Shown here piece by piece: positions 30,916 through 41,678 of a DNA stretch of 64,000 nucleotides. The notes under the pieces were generated by a model. That model worked only from the letters and a program-made list of their open reading frames with translations. It made no database searches and was not told the DNA's origin. The translations under genes were made by a program, and so were the position numbers. Source of the DNA: a virus; the IMG/VR virus record IMGVR_UViG_3300034104_005002, positions 97,055 to 161,054 of that record; one strand, written 5' to 3'. The number at the start of each line of letters is the position of its first letter. Within the stretch, counting starts at the first letter, position 1.

Positions 30916-31209
30916 TCAAATAAGACCAAGAATTTCTTTTTCTTCTTGGGAGAGTTTGTTAAGTGCTTGTTCTTTGAGTTCCTCTTTTCGTTGCTCACTT
31001 TCCATATAATCATACTCAAGCACTTCGACTCTTTTCATGTACCAATCTCCAAAAGTATCTTTAGACCATTTTACCCTACGACCCATGACACCATCTTGAG
31101 CATCAATATAATTGGCCGCATGTTGCCTATGAAGAAAGGCAAGGTCGGGAATGCTTGGTCCCCGGCCCTCTATCATATCAGCATTTCGATAGGTCTGCCA
31201 AATAATCAT
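30916..31209 (-). CDS. hypothetical protein (NADMIEGRGP motif)
   Basis: ORF track; own promoter. Confidence 0.6.
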   Translation of the reverse strand: MIIWQTYRNADMIEGRGPSIPDLAFLHRQHAANYIDAQDGVMGRRVKWSKDTFGDWYMKRVEVLEYDYMESEQRKEELKEQALNKLSQEEKEILGLI

Positions 31210-31276
31210 GTTTTTGGGGGTTAACTGAGTGTATTATACGGGATATTGGACGCAAATGGAGACCGATGTAGACAGT

Positions 31277-31812
31277 TCAAAAACCGGCACAATAGTTATT
31301 TACAAGAAACTGAACATAATCATCCGGTGCTTCTCCAAGGTCCTTATCATCAGGCACTACCTCAACATAATCGCCAAATTTGGCCAGTTTTCTACCGGCC
31401 TCATCATTATCACAAACAACAATGATTGGGCGATTTAGCATTTCTAGCCAGTTTTTATAATCTTTTGGTGGATTATTAGCAAGAGTAGCAAAGGCCGATT
31501 GTTTTAATTCGGTTATCCGACAGGCATCAAAGATACCTTCGGTCAGAAAGATAGGACCATCAGAAACATAATAACTTTCAAGTCCCCAGATTGCAATGGT
31601 TGGTTGGTTTTTATTTCTGTAGGTATAATATTTTCCTTTTTTCGGGCAATTAAAAACTTTTTACATCCCTCTGGTTGATATTGTTGGTAGCCCACCAATT
31701 GACCCGAGAGATTATAAAGAAGAAAAGTGGCGATGTTTAATTCTTCATCAAGAATTGGTCTGTGAAGTTCTAAGTCAAGATGACGTTGTTTTAGGTGGGT
31801 CTTTATGTTCAT
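31277..31812 (-). pseudogene. Toprim/primase-like gene split by a -1 frameshift near 31660
   Basis: frame 1 LYNLSGQLVGYQQYQP; shifted frame GKYYTY...WGLE...FLTEGIFDA...CDNDEAG. Confidence 0.75.
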
Positions 31813-32050
31813 AACCAGTTCCGCCACAATCTTCGCATCCTAAAGTTTCTATAATTGGTTCCTCTGCATAAACATAATACCCATCTGGATTCATGAGAAC
31901 TTTTACGGTTCCTGTTCCACTACAAGTTTCACATTTAACCTTTGTAATCATTTGTTTTATCCTTTCGTTTTGCTTCCTAAGAAGTTCGGTTTCTTCCTTA
32001 AGAAGTTCGGTTTGTTTTCTTATTTTTTCTCTGAGTTTACTTTCGTCCAT
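31775..32050 (-). CDS. DnaJ-type CxxCxGxG zinc-finger small protein
   Basis: CETCSGTG...CEDCGGTG. Confidence 0.6.
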   Translation of the reverse strand: MDESKLREKIRKQTELLKEETELLRKQNERIKQMITKVKCETCSGTGTVKVLMNPDGYYVYAEEPIIETLGCEDCGGTGYEHKDPPKTTSS

Positions 32051-32622
32051 TCTTCATTCTTCCGATGTAAGTTTTCATAATACTCGGCCTCTTTTTTCTT
32101 ATTCTCCTCATATTTAAACATCGCCCGAAGAAGAATCTTTGGGTCCTGAGTGACGTCCTCGCTAACAACAACCGGATAACCATTCTCCCAATCATCCTCG
32201 GTTGTTTCTTCTCGGCCAATATTCTCAAAAGTTGGCCAATCTACTTCAACTCCACCAATCACCTTCTTTTTAGTCTCATAAACATCCTTGAACCACTTTA
32301 CATTCCAAGAACCATCATCATAAATGTTATAAGAAATAAAATGGAGTAGTGGTCCGAAAATATCGGCTTCTTGCCAAATCATTTCATCAAACATCTGATG
32401 TAACCATTGCCTTTTATGTGGTGAACCATACCATTCAAAATACTTTTCTACAAAAAGCAGAACATCGTCAATAGTATCTTTATAGTATGGATTTGAGCCA
32501 TACTTGTACTCATTAAGTCGGGCCAGAAAATTATTGTAATTATCCTCGATTTCTTTGATGGTTTGATTGTAAATGACTTGGGCGGTGCTAGTGATGTTTT
32601 GCATTGTGGTTTCTTTTGGCAA
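32020..32622 (-). CDS. hypothetical protein
   Basis: ORF track. Confidence 0.6.
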   Translation of the reverse strand: MPKETTMQNITSTAQVIYNQTIKEIEDNYNNFLARLNEYKYGSNPYYKDTIDDVLLFVEKYFEWYGSPHKRQWLHQMFDEMIWQEADIFGPLLHFISYNIYDDGSWNVKWFKDVYETKKKVIGGVEVDWPTFENIGREETTEDDWENGYPVVVSEDVTQDPKILLRAMFKYEENKKKEAEYYENLHRKNEEWTKVNSEKK

Positions 32623-32918
32623 GATTAGTTAATCAAATGATTCTAAAATAATTTGGAGTCCAGAAATAATTCCTTCAAGATTGCTCGGTGAAATGCGAAT
32701 CTTATTAGAAAGAAACTCACTTCTACCATCATTCCAACTATCTTGAATAATTTCTATATTCCCTCTATAAAAATCAATAGTAATACTACCGTTATCCAAA
32801 TCTTCAAATTGAAGAGTTCCTTTAAGTGCCATTTGAGTGAGTTGGTTGAACTGTGTGCATCATAAAGCAAAAAGGACTCCCGGTGAGGAGCCCTTGTGAC
32901 AGTTAAAAAGGTGGCTAC

Positions 32919-33470
32919 TTATACACCACAAGTAGCCATTTGTTCTTGTTGAGACTTTTGAACAAACTGAGTAATTTCACCAGACAAATCGTGAGATTCT
33001 TTGCGGGCCTCCTCAAGAATTGGGTCAATGAACCACTTCATAACTAGTTGTTCTGGGAGTCCTTTATATGACTCTGTTTTTAGATTGAGGTTAGAATGCA
33101 TAATCCAGAAAAATGGCTGGGCATAATGGGAAAGCATATTCGTAGAAATTTCTAGAATATCGGAGGGTTTATCATCATAATAATCAATATCATTCATATA
33201 GAGGGCGTGTGCATATCCGGAGATACAGTGAGCAGTCCCACAACTAGTTTTTGTGTGGAAGGCCTTCATATAAAATCTATTTTGATTTGATTTAATAATA
33301 GAGGCAACCTTTACAAGATTACTCCATTGCTCGGTCGTGATGGAACTTCCACTATTGAAAATAGAATCATTCCGCCCAAACATAAAACTAACTGGCCTTA
33401 CACCAGTAATTTGTTCAGACTCAGCAAGCAGAGCAAAATAGTTGTTCTTGAAATCAATTGGAGTCAACAT
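32919..33470 (-). CDS. hypothetical protein with CGTAHCxxG motif
   Basis: ORF track; own promoter. Confidence 0.6.
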   Translation of the reverse strand: MLTPIDFKNNYFALLAESEQITGVRPVSFMFGRNDSIFNSGSSITTEQWSNLVKVASIIKSNQNRFYMKAFHTKTSCGTAHCISGYAHALYMNDIDYYDDKPSDILEISTNMLSHYAQPFFWIMHSNLNLKTESYKGLPEQLVMKWFIDPILEEARKESHDLSGEITQFVQKSQQEQMATCGV

Positions 33471-33556
33471 AATTTAAAATGAGTTGGTTGAACTGAGTGT
33501 ATTATAGGGGATATTGATGGGAGGTGGTAGGGTCCTTGTGCCAGTTACTCAGGTGT

Positions 33557-36105
33557 CTACTCCATCGCAGTAATCTTTATATTAGAAATAGTCGTTCCTT
33601 TTGAGAATTCTTTTGTCTGGTTCTTTATTGCTCGATAAGAAGTGTGAATTCCAAATTTCCAATAAAGAACTCTACCAACAAAATCGTGAAACTCTTTCAG
33701 ATACACTGGTGGAACCTCAATATCTTCCTCTCGTCCTCGGTAATTTCTAATATTTCTTTCATTCCAGTCCTGAGTCATTCTCCTATAATCCCTCTCATAA
33801 TCCTCAAGAGTAATTGTGAACTCTGCGGTTATTTTAATTGGTTTCATTGGAACAATCCAAAAAGTAATAATAACGAGCCGAATTGGGTGGGATATAGCGG
33901 ACTACCTTACAATTTTTATAGGTGTCCACTTCTCCAAACTTTTGTGGTGGTTCTTTTGGCATCTTTGGAATTTTAGATACAAGATAAACAGCCAAAAATG
34001 TTGGTATGGAAAGTACAATACTTAAAATTATACATTCGCCAATATTTAAAAGTGTTTTCATAATAATCAACAGATCACGAAACGATGAAACGATGAGATT
34101 TAAAGATATCGTATCCATAATCAGTACTAACAAAGAATCCCAATTCTTCCAACCTCTTCTTATCCTCAGAGGATACATAAAAAGGTGAAATTGCAGGATT
34201 AACAGTCAAAGAATTGTTTTCACAATGGAACAATGGGGGTTCAAAATTTCCATATTTGGAAAAGATTTGGAGTGCTTCAATTAGGTCGTTCATAATAATA
34301 ATTCAAATTTCGTCTACAAAACTAACAGTCGGAGTAAGTCCTTGAATTTTGTACTCCTCAATTTTCTTGAATGTTTCTGTGGTGAAAGAATCATCTTCTA
34401 GTTCTTTTTGACTAGCAAATTTGAGAAATAAGTTGTAATCATAAGAATCAAGGTCTTTTGATGGGACTATGCTGTTTGCATCAAAAAATTCAACTTTACC
34501 GGACTTTATGAGTTCTTCTAATTCTTTAATTTTCATTTTGATAAGTGTTCTCGTTTGTCAAGTTCTTCTTTTATTACAGAAAGTTTTTGATTAATTTTTT
34601 TTCTATTTTCTCTCCATTCAACACAAGAAGAACAATCACAATACCATACCCAGTCCGCTGCATAAACGTGTAAATACTCTCTTTCTTTACGATAAACCCC
34701 CAAGAGACGATGAGTGGGGAGTTTAAGAATTGTTTCTAGTTTGTTTCTGTTAGGGTCCATAATATTTAAATCGTCTCCATTACTTCTTCAAAAAATTTAA
34801 TATTGGCAATGCGCCTTTGAGCATGTTTGGTAAATTCAATAAGAACTTTGGTTGTTGGTGACATATAACTATCCCATTTTTGGTTAGTCTCCAAGTAACT
34901 CACGAGTTCCACCAGATACTTGACAGAACAACTACACATCTCAAAAGATTTTCCAACAATCCAATTATCAGTGATAAAATCATAAAGAACAGGAGCCGGT
35001 TCTTGGCTATTGCACACCGCCTCAAACATGTCATTACGAAAATCATGCATTTCGTCATTCTCCATGAACAAACGAACCACATTGCTAGTTGAAGAATGAT
35101 GCTCAAATTTCATGGTGGATTGCTGTTTGATTATGGGATAATTTTAAAAGAAAAGGACCCTGGGGGTAGGGTCATTGTGCCAGTTTATAAAGTGTCAACC
35201 TCAATAACCTTCAATAGGGATATACCCGACACTATAACAAGTTTCACAATCCTCCAAATCACACTCTGCCCAAGAGTATTCTGAATGGATATTATCCTCA
35301 TCAAAATCGGCAGCAAATTGAGCACTTACAATTTTGTATTGTTCATTATTTTGGTCAGGGTCATTAACATCAACATAATGAAGTATCCAACTCTCTCCGT
35401 GACCTTCACAATCAGGGCACCTACGAAATCCTGTCTTGCCCGTGAGAATGTCCCGAAGTTCTCCCGCCTCAAGAGAAACGCCGTATTCTGAGAAGTACAT
35501 TATTAGTTTTTGTATTGGGTTTGGGTGGAGCAGTCATCATACGTCTAAATGTGCAGTTTTACAAAGGAGGCTGTGCAGGTTCTTGAAGTGTCACAAGGGA
35601 ATAAAGGTAATTTTTTGACCAATCCAAAAGTAAACATTAGTCTTGAATTAGAGTGATAATAGAAAGAACAGTATTGCAAAAAGCCCAGCCGATACAAGCT
35701 CCCAAAAGAAATGGGTAGATTGCAAGGCTGTTTAGAATAAGAGCAAGAATAAAATAGATAATTGCTCGCTGAGCATATACAATGTAGCGTTGGTTGGGGT
35801 TGATGTTGTACATTGAAATGGGTGACTTATGGTGGTGTGGTGGACAGTAGGTTAACTGCCCATCCTTTTCAATCTCGACTCCAATTGACTTCAGTTCGTG
35901 GATAAAAAAGCATTCCCCCGTGACCATCGGAATCAGATCCGGCATTGCAAACAGGACACGTCATCCATGAAAATTCCCCCTCTAGTTGATCTGTTGAAAT
36001 GTGAGTCAGTTCTGATTGCCTTGCAGTGGCAGTAGAGCCACATTCCATACATCGACCACGCCAGATGCGTTCTTTCTTGGGGATTCCGCGATAAGTGATT
36101 TCCAT
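33557..36105 (-). other. run of short hypothetical ORFs (33557, 33834, 34075, 34303, 34533, 34766, 35201, 35637, 35869)
   Basis: packed co-oriented ORFs, several with CxxC pairs. Confidence 0.55.
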
Positions 36106-36107
36106 AA

Positions 36108-36380
36108 TCAGGCGGGGTCGTAAGTCATTTCAAAAATATCTGGCTTGCAGAAGTAAAATTCGTTCTTTACTCCTCGGATAAGAAAGTCCCCAATAGTGCT
36201 ACTGTGTGGACCCTCAAGAGTAGTGATATACATCAGGCAAGTTCCGTCTGGATTTTGAAGGTATCGGAGCTTTCCAGGATTGCAGCTTTCCACCCACTCA
36301 TAAAGAGCCTGGGTGCATTCAAGTGTTCCGTCAAATTGACGAGCCTCAATAGTGACTGGTTTTTTAGTGTAGAATGCCAT
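36108..36380 (-). CDS. conserved phage protein (KKPVTIEA...TLEG...GDF...CKPDIF family)
   Basis: family motifs. Confidence 0.75.
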   Translation of the reverse strand: MAFYTKKPVTIEARQFDGTLECTQALYEWVESCNPGKLRYLQNPDGTCLMYITTLEGPHSSTIGDFLIRGVKNEFYFCKPDIFEMTYDPA

Positions 36381-36478
36381 TTTTTGTTTGTTTGATGAAT
36401 TAAGTGGACTTTTTTAGTATAGAGTGAAATGGGCGGCTTGTGGTGGTGCAGTGGACGGTTTAAAAAGTGGTTTCATAA

Positions 36479-36679
36479 TTAAGAAAAATTGGGCATAGGA
36501 TGCCAATGGGTTGGTGGAAATGGGTGTGGCCATCTAGCAAATGCGTCCTCACTTTCCATCCAAACATAATATGGGTCAGTTGTATAAGGAACTCCATTTG
36601 GAGTTACTACAACATCCTTGGCAATGACAGCAAACATTTTGCGGTCTTTTGGTGCAGTTTCAATTGGAAGCCAGTTCAT
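36479..36679 (-). CDS. DUF551-like protein
   Basis: WLPIETAPKD...PTHWHPMP. Confidence 0.7.
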   Translation of the reverse strand: MNWLPIETAPKDRKMFAVIAKDVVVTPNGVPYTTDPYYVWMESEDAFARWPHPFPPTHWHPMPNFS

Positions 36680-37245
36680 TTTTTAAGAGAATGAAGAAGT
36701 TGAGCAATTTGTTCCTCAGACAGATTTTTTACGGCTTCTTTGGCCTTTTCTACTTCGGGGTCTACATCAGGAATTTCTTTGGTTTCAATGTGGAAGGCTC
36801 CTTCTTCATAGATTTCTGTAATCCATTGAGTAGTTGGGCAATGAGAACGCTTTCCTGAATTTGTAAACTGAAACCCACCGATGTTTAAATCACCAGAAAT
36901 TTTTCCAATATATTGGGTTGAAAGGCCCGAGTATTCTTTATTCAGCCGAATAAGAATAGTCTTTCCAATAAACTTATTGAGGTCAATGTGTGGATGTTTT
37001 TGGGCAAGTCCGGTGAATTTCATGGTTTTTGTGAATGGTTTGATTGATACGATGTCGTGGGGTTCTGCCACGCAAGAGTTACTATAATATCCTAGTGTAT
37101 TATAATAATTTGGGTTATTTCCTATTTTAAATCTGAAGCTAAAACGTGAATCTAGACATTCTTCAACTACGCCAATATATCCCTCTCCGTTTCGGAGTTC
37201 TATTTGGACCTCTTGATTGAGGTATTTGTCAAGATGGATGCTCAT
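36676..37245 (-). CDS. hypothetical protein, paralog of 29964-30503
   Basis: two repeats; shared C-terminus SEEQIAxLLxSLK. Confidence 0.65.
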   Translation of the reverse strand: MSIHLDKYLNQEVQIELRNGEGYIGVVEECLDSRFSFRFKIGNNPNYYNTLGYYSNSCVAEPHDIVSIKPFTKTMKFTGLAQKHPHIDLNKFIGKTILIRLNKEYSGLSTQYIGKISGDLNIGGFQFTNSGKRSHCPTTQWITEIYEEGAFHIETKEIPDVDPEVEKAKEAVKNLSEEQIAQLLHSLKK

Positions 37246-37879
37246 AAGTTTCTTGTGAAATGCTTGGTAATTTTAGTGGATGGATTGCGGCTGGGCCTTA
37301 AGAGGTGGGCACCTTTCAAATCGTCACAACCACTCCTCTATAAAATAATCAACAGTAATTTCATTCTGTTTACAAAATTCTTCTACATTATCAGGAATAC
37401 TTTTTGTAATTTCAGAAAGAGCGAATCTTTCCCACAAAAGATAGAAATTTTCTTCAGTCATTGGTCTCGTAAAGAATTCAGTTGGTTTTGATAATAAGAA
37501 ATGTCGTCTAGAATAGAATCCACAATGTTTTGTTTATATTGTGGATTTTGGTCTAGTTCTTCTTTAAGATTTTTGATTCTTTTTGTGAGAAGATTAATGG
37601 TTTCTGTGGTGTTCATGGTAAAAAATACTTACTATGTCCAAGAATGGACTGTTGTAACTAATTCTTCAATACCTTCTTTATTAAACTGGTATGTTGCGAC
37701 TAAATTACCTTCACCACCATATAATGGGATTTCATAAAGAACCAAGCCATCATTATGACGATGAACTTCTCCACCAGATTCTTCAGACATATTAATATCA
37801 ATTACATCGCCGCAACTCATATTAGTAATTTTTTCAATGTCTTGATGTAAAGTGTTCATAATAAAGAATAGTAGGTTAG

Positions 37880-37958
37880 TACTCCACCCCAGATTTGAAC
37901 TGGGAATCCGAAGAAGCAGATTTTGAGTCTGCCGCGTTTACCGTTTCGCCAGTGGAGT
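37880..37958 (-). tRNA. tRNA-Leu(CAA)
   Basis: acceptor ACTCCAC/GTGGAGT, D-arm TGGCGAAACGGTAAACGC, anticodon arm GCAGA-CTCAAAA-TCTGC, T-loop GTTCAAATC; CCA not encoded. Confidence 0.9.
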
Positions 37959-38410
37959 AAGAAAAACAAGCCTGCTTCAACTCAGGCCCATTGTAACGGA
38001 TTAAATAGAAGAAAAGAAGCCTGCACAAATTCCTTTTCGATTTGTGTTAAGTGAGACGGAATCCCAAAATTGAGCGAGAGCCCTTAACACCTTTAAAGAA
38101 TAGCACCCGATCAGGGAGAATCTGGTGGTCGTGTGCCAGTTTGTGAATTGGTCTTTTTAAGGGTTTGAATCAGTTGTTCCAGTCTTTCATTTTGTTTTTT
38201 AATTAATTCCGTTTCCTTTTTAATTAATTCCGTGCTCTTTTTAATTAATTCTCTAAGTTCTTTTTCGGTTTTTACCATTTTTCTTGTTTACAAGTTTATC
38301 GACAGATTCCCTAAGTTTATCAGCGGTTTTATGAAGATCATCAGCATCTTTCTCAGATACAAAACGATAATAGCCAAAAAGTGCCCAGACTTTTTAAAAA
38401 GTGGACACTT

Positions 38411-38656
38411 TTAAGATTGGCTCAGTTGTGCAATTTTTTCTTTAATGTTCTTTGCCGACTCAAAATCTTTATTCGCAACGGCCTCTTCTAGGCTCTCTTG
38501 CAGTGAAGAAATGGCCACAAAACTAGCTGATTCTTCTAGTTCAGCAATCCAGGATTTAGGGGCAGATTCCAAAACTTCTAGAGCAGTACTTTCTTCTCTA
38601 AAGATACCCGATTCCATGAGAATTTTAAGAATTTCTTGGGCGATTAGGTCTTGCAT
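38411..38656 (-). CDS. late small protein with C-terminal UVR (UvrB/UvrC) coiled-coil motif
   Basis: LEEAVANKDFESAKNIKEKI; ATAAATA late promoter upstream. Confidence 0.6.
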   Translation of the reverse strand: MQDLIAQEILKILMESGIFREESTALEVLESAPKSWIAELEESASFVAISSLQESLEEAVANKDFESAKNIKEKIAQLSQS

Positions 38657-38761
38657 GATATCAATAAATAATAAGTATTTATGGAAAAACAATGACCCAA
38701 GAAATTCTTACTGGTTTTTGTGTTCTTCTTGTTGGATCTGTTACGGCTTATTTAATTAAGT

Positions 38762-39124
38762 TCAGTAAACCATAATCTCCTTCACCTGGTCATTAGAAAA
38801 ACCGAGGTCCTTACCAAGTTTAAAGGCACGCTTTTTCCATACAATAACAGCAGTTGTCAGTTGCTTCACTTTTGCATGATTGAGATAATGAGCCCGACGC
38901 TTTGCGACAATAAAAAGAGTATTGTAGGCCTTCATGTCCTCAAGAATTTCAACACTCTTTTCTGAATCAATCTCGGCTTTTGGGACCTTACGCCATTTTG
39001 CGAAATAAACTTCCTTATAAGATTGTAGTTCGTCTAGAACCTTATAAGTATCTTCTAGTGAAAGATTCTCAATATCATCAACAGTGAGATCATTGGCGAG
39101 AATTTGGGAGAAATAAGAAATCAT
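38762..39124 (-). CDS. hypothetical protein
   Basis: ORF track, start moved to MISYF downstream of the promoter. Confidence 0.55.
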   Translation of the reverse strand: MISYFSQILANDLTVDDIENLSLEDTYKVLDELQSYKEVYFAKWRKVPKAEIDSEKSVEILEDMKAYNTLFIVAKRRAHYLNHAKVKQLTTAVIVWKKRAFKLGKDLGFSNDQVKEIMVY

Positions 39125-39224
39125 TGGCTTTTTTCGATTGCTCTGTATCTTAGGGCACATGGTTGCCATTTGCTGACAGGGGTGTGACAGTTTTGGAATT
39201 GACCCAAAAAGACGCAATCAAAAT

Positions 39225-39548
39225 TTACAAACTGTTCCATTTAAGCCACAAAATAAATGCCAAAATCCCCAAAGGAATGGCGATATACCAATAAGTCACG
39301 GCAAAATATAAAACAGTACCAATTCCTAAAATCCAGTACTTGATAGTCATATCATCTGGATCCGAGGAAGATGTGTAATTACCACCACTATCCATACTAC
39401 TAACACATCTAAGGTTAGTAATCATTGGGGGATTATTATAAATCGCATTAATTGTTGCTTTTGCGGTGTTTGCGGAACTTGCATTTACTCGCACATTAAT
39501 AAAGGGTCCGTTTTGAACCGCAATAATTTTAGCTTCCCAAATTGCCAT
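39225..39548 (-). CDS. cyanophage-type membrane-anchored hypothetical protein
   Basis: W.A.I....V.V.A....A...I..IY N-domain + C-terminal TM helices. Confidence 0.6.
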   Translation of the reverse strand: MAIWEAKIIAVQNGPFINVRVNASSANTAKATINAIYNNPPMITNLRCVSSMDSGGNYTSSSDPDDMTIKYWILGIGTVLYFAVTYWYIAIPLGILAFILWLKWNSL

Positions 39549-39810
39549 GTTTATTTACCAAAAACGTAGTATCCCTTATAGCCACGATGCCTTACAACAA
39601 AACATTCAGGGGCGATTCCGGGTGAAAGATACCGCCGAGTGGTGGACCTTGCATAGGCATTCCAAGCCGAGTTTTGTTTAGGATCTTGGGGCCAATTTGA
39701 TGCATCATAAAATCCGAAGGTGTCCATTGAATTTGGATTAACTGTAAATATTATAAAACCCGCATTTGTGGTGCGGGCAGAAGTATGGACAGTTCCTCAA
39801 GTGTCAAGGT

Positions 39811-40287
39811 TCAATAAGTAACACACCGGAAGGCACGCACGCTGTTCATGATCGTCTCAATGAAGCTGAAGATGCTACCACCGCTAAAGCCCTGACAGCA
39901 AGCGATGGTAGCAGTAATCTCTGTAGAAGACCAATAGTCGGTGCTGGCGAAGTGTTGAGGAATGGTCTTATAGGCAAGATTAAGTTGATTTATGGTTGGA
40001 ATAAAGAACTGAGAAGGATTAAATCCTTGTTCTTCTAGTTTCTTGAAGACTTCAGGGAATTCTTTACTCCAAGTAGCATAAACATCGGTTGATTTTGGGG
40101 CCACCAAAAGAGCGACACCATTTTCTTTTTTAAGGACGATACAGCCATCCTCAAGAACGTCACCCACAGATGCCTCTTGAATAGTTGGATGGTTTTTATA
40201 GTTATTCAATTGTTGTTTAAAAGAAGAAAGTTCTTCTTCTAGTTCTTGAATTTTGGTTTGAAGTTGTGTTTTGGTTGTCATAATCAA
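39811..40287 (-). CDS. DUF1566 / C-type-lectin-fold protein, probable DGR target
   Basis: FIPTINQL...YWSSTE...A....F.GG.........VRAFR at the C-terminus. Confidence 0.75.
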   Translation of the reverse strand: MIMTTKTQLQTKIQELEEELSSFKQQLNNYKNHPTIQEASVGDVLEDGCIVLKKENGVALLVAPKSTDVYATWSKEFPEVFKKLEEQGFNPSQFFIPTINQLNLAYKTIPQHFASTDYWSSTEITATIACCQGFSGGSIFSFIETIMNSVRAFRCVTY

Positions 40288-40772
40288 TAAAAACTAAATT
40301 TCCAGCCGCGTTTTACAGCCTCTGAGATGATTTGATCTTGAGGCCATTCATAATCGGGGGTTCCTACAGAGATACCAAAGTTTTTCCAGAGAAAATCTTC
40401 GGCATCTGCTAACATAGACTTAGAATACGCAGTTTTTTCAGTGGTGGTCATAATCAGTCTCATAATAAGAAGAACAAACAATGTCGTCGTGATGTGTGGG
40501 AATGGACCGGCGATTTTTGATCCTATTCATACCAGAAATCTGAAACTCCACAGTTTCATCATCGGTGAGAAAAGAATCAATTTGACGTTTTTCGTTCAGG
40601 GTTTTGGGGCTCCTAAGAGCACATTTATTGTAAGAAGTTTGGCGATGGGTGCGGGACATTAGAAACCTGAATTGATTTGATCTTATTGTATCTAGGGATT
40701 TCTAGAATTTTGTCAGAAGTGGACAGTTCTTAAAGTGTCATTCTCGGCTAAGGTCGTGCCATCACCTCCCCC

Positions 40773-41678
40773 TCAGGCACCGGGCACCGGCAGGGCGTGG
40801 TGGGGGAGGGAAACGTCACCTCTTATTTCATTTGCGGGAACAAGCGTCCATGTTGCATAGCCCTCGACTTCGTTTGCGTCGTCGTAGGTCCATCCACTAC
40901 CGTCCCAGCAAAAGCCCTCCGCATCACACCACCCTTCGCGCTCCCATGGCCGCTCCGCCACGGGCACCGGCTCGATGGTGGTGGCAATGTCATCAGGCTT
41001 ATCCATGGTTGAATCAAGAAAAGCTCTAGCCTCGTCCATGCGCATAAGCCAAGTCTCAAATCTACCCCCTTCGCGCAGCGATTCCCAACTCGCAACATCT
41101 CCATTTAGGTGTAGTCCCGCGACCCCTTCAGAGCTGTCAACCAGAGCATCAAGATCATCGAGTAACAGGCTCAGCAATTCATGCGCTTTCGTATCAGGCA
41201 CCGGCTCGATGGTGGGGTGGGCGTAGCGGGTGATCTCTTGGCGGACAACATCAAGCGCCGTGTAGAAATCGGCGTCGTACATAAAGCGCTCACCCTGATA
41301 GCCAACGGTTTCGTACTGCTCCCACAGGCGCATCTTTAGTACGCACCACTCTTCATCTGTCGGTCCCTCTCGCTCGGGCTGGGCCCGTGGTGATGACGCA
41401 CGTTCGATCAATGCTGATCGGTACTGGCCCACTGATTGGAATGATGCTGCATAGGCATCGTGGTTGAGTAATGCCAACCAGTAAGACTGGTTCATGGGAC
41501 GGCCATCTGTGACTGGCCCCGCCACCTCAGGCTCGTGCTGGGCCACCTGCCGTGTTCCATGGCCAGTCCACATTGAGCTGGCTTCGTAGCCACCATCCGA
41601 TAAAAGATTGCTTGTCATTTTGGACAGGTCCGGGCGGGATGGGTGGTTATTTTTGCTGGGCAACTGATGACTAGACAT
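40773..41678 (-). CDS. mosaic hypothetical protein in GC-rich island
   Basis: GC clearly above flanks; repeated PTIEPVP/TTIEPVP; ATG overlaps the stop of the upstream HNH gene. Confidence 0.55.
   Translation of the reverse strand: MSSHQLPSKNNHPSRPDLSKMTSNLLSDGGYEASSMWTGHGTRQVAQHEPEVAGPVTDGRPMNQSYWLALLNHDAYAASFQSVGQYRSALIERASSPRAQPEREGPTDEEWCVLKMRLWEQYETVGYQGERFMYDADFYTALDVVRQEITRYAHPTIEPVPDTKAHELLSLLLDDLDALVDSSEGVAGLHLNGDVASWESLREGGRFETWLMRMDEARAFLDSTMDKPDDIATTIEPVPVAERPWEREGWCDAEGFCWDGSGWTYDDANEVEGYATWTLVPANEIRGDVSLPHHALPVPGA

Noticed and set aside
37880-37958. Suppressor tRNA / recoded genome
   Set aside because: Anticodon is CAA (Leu), and long genes read through normally in the standard code
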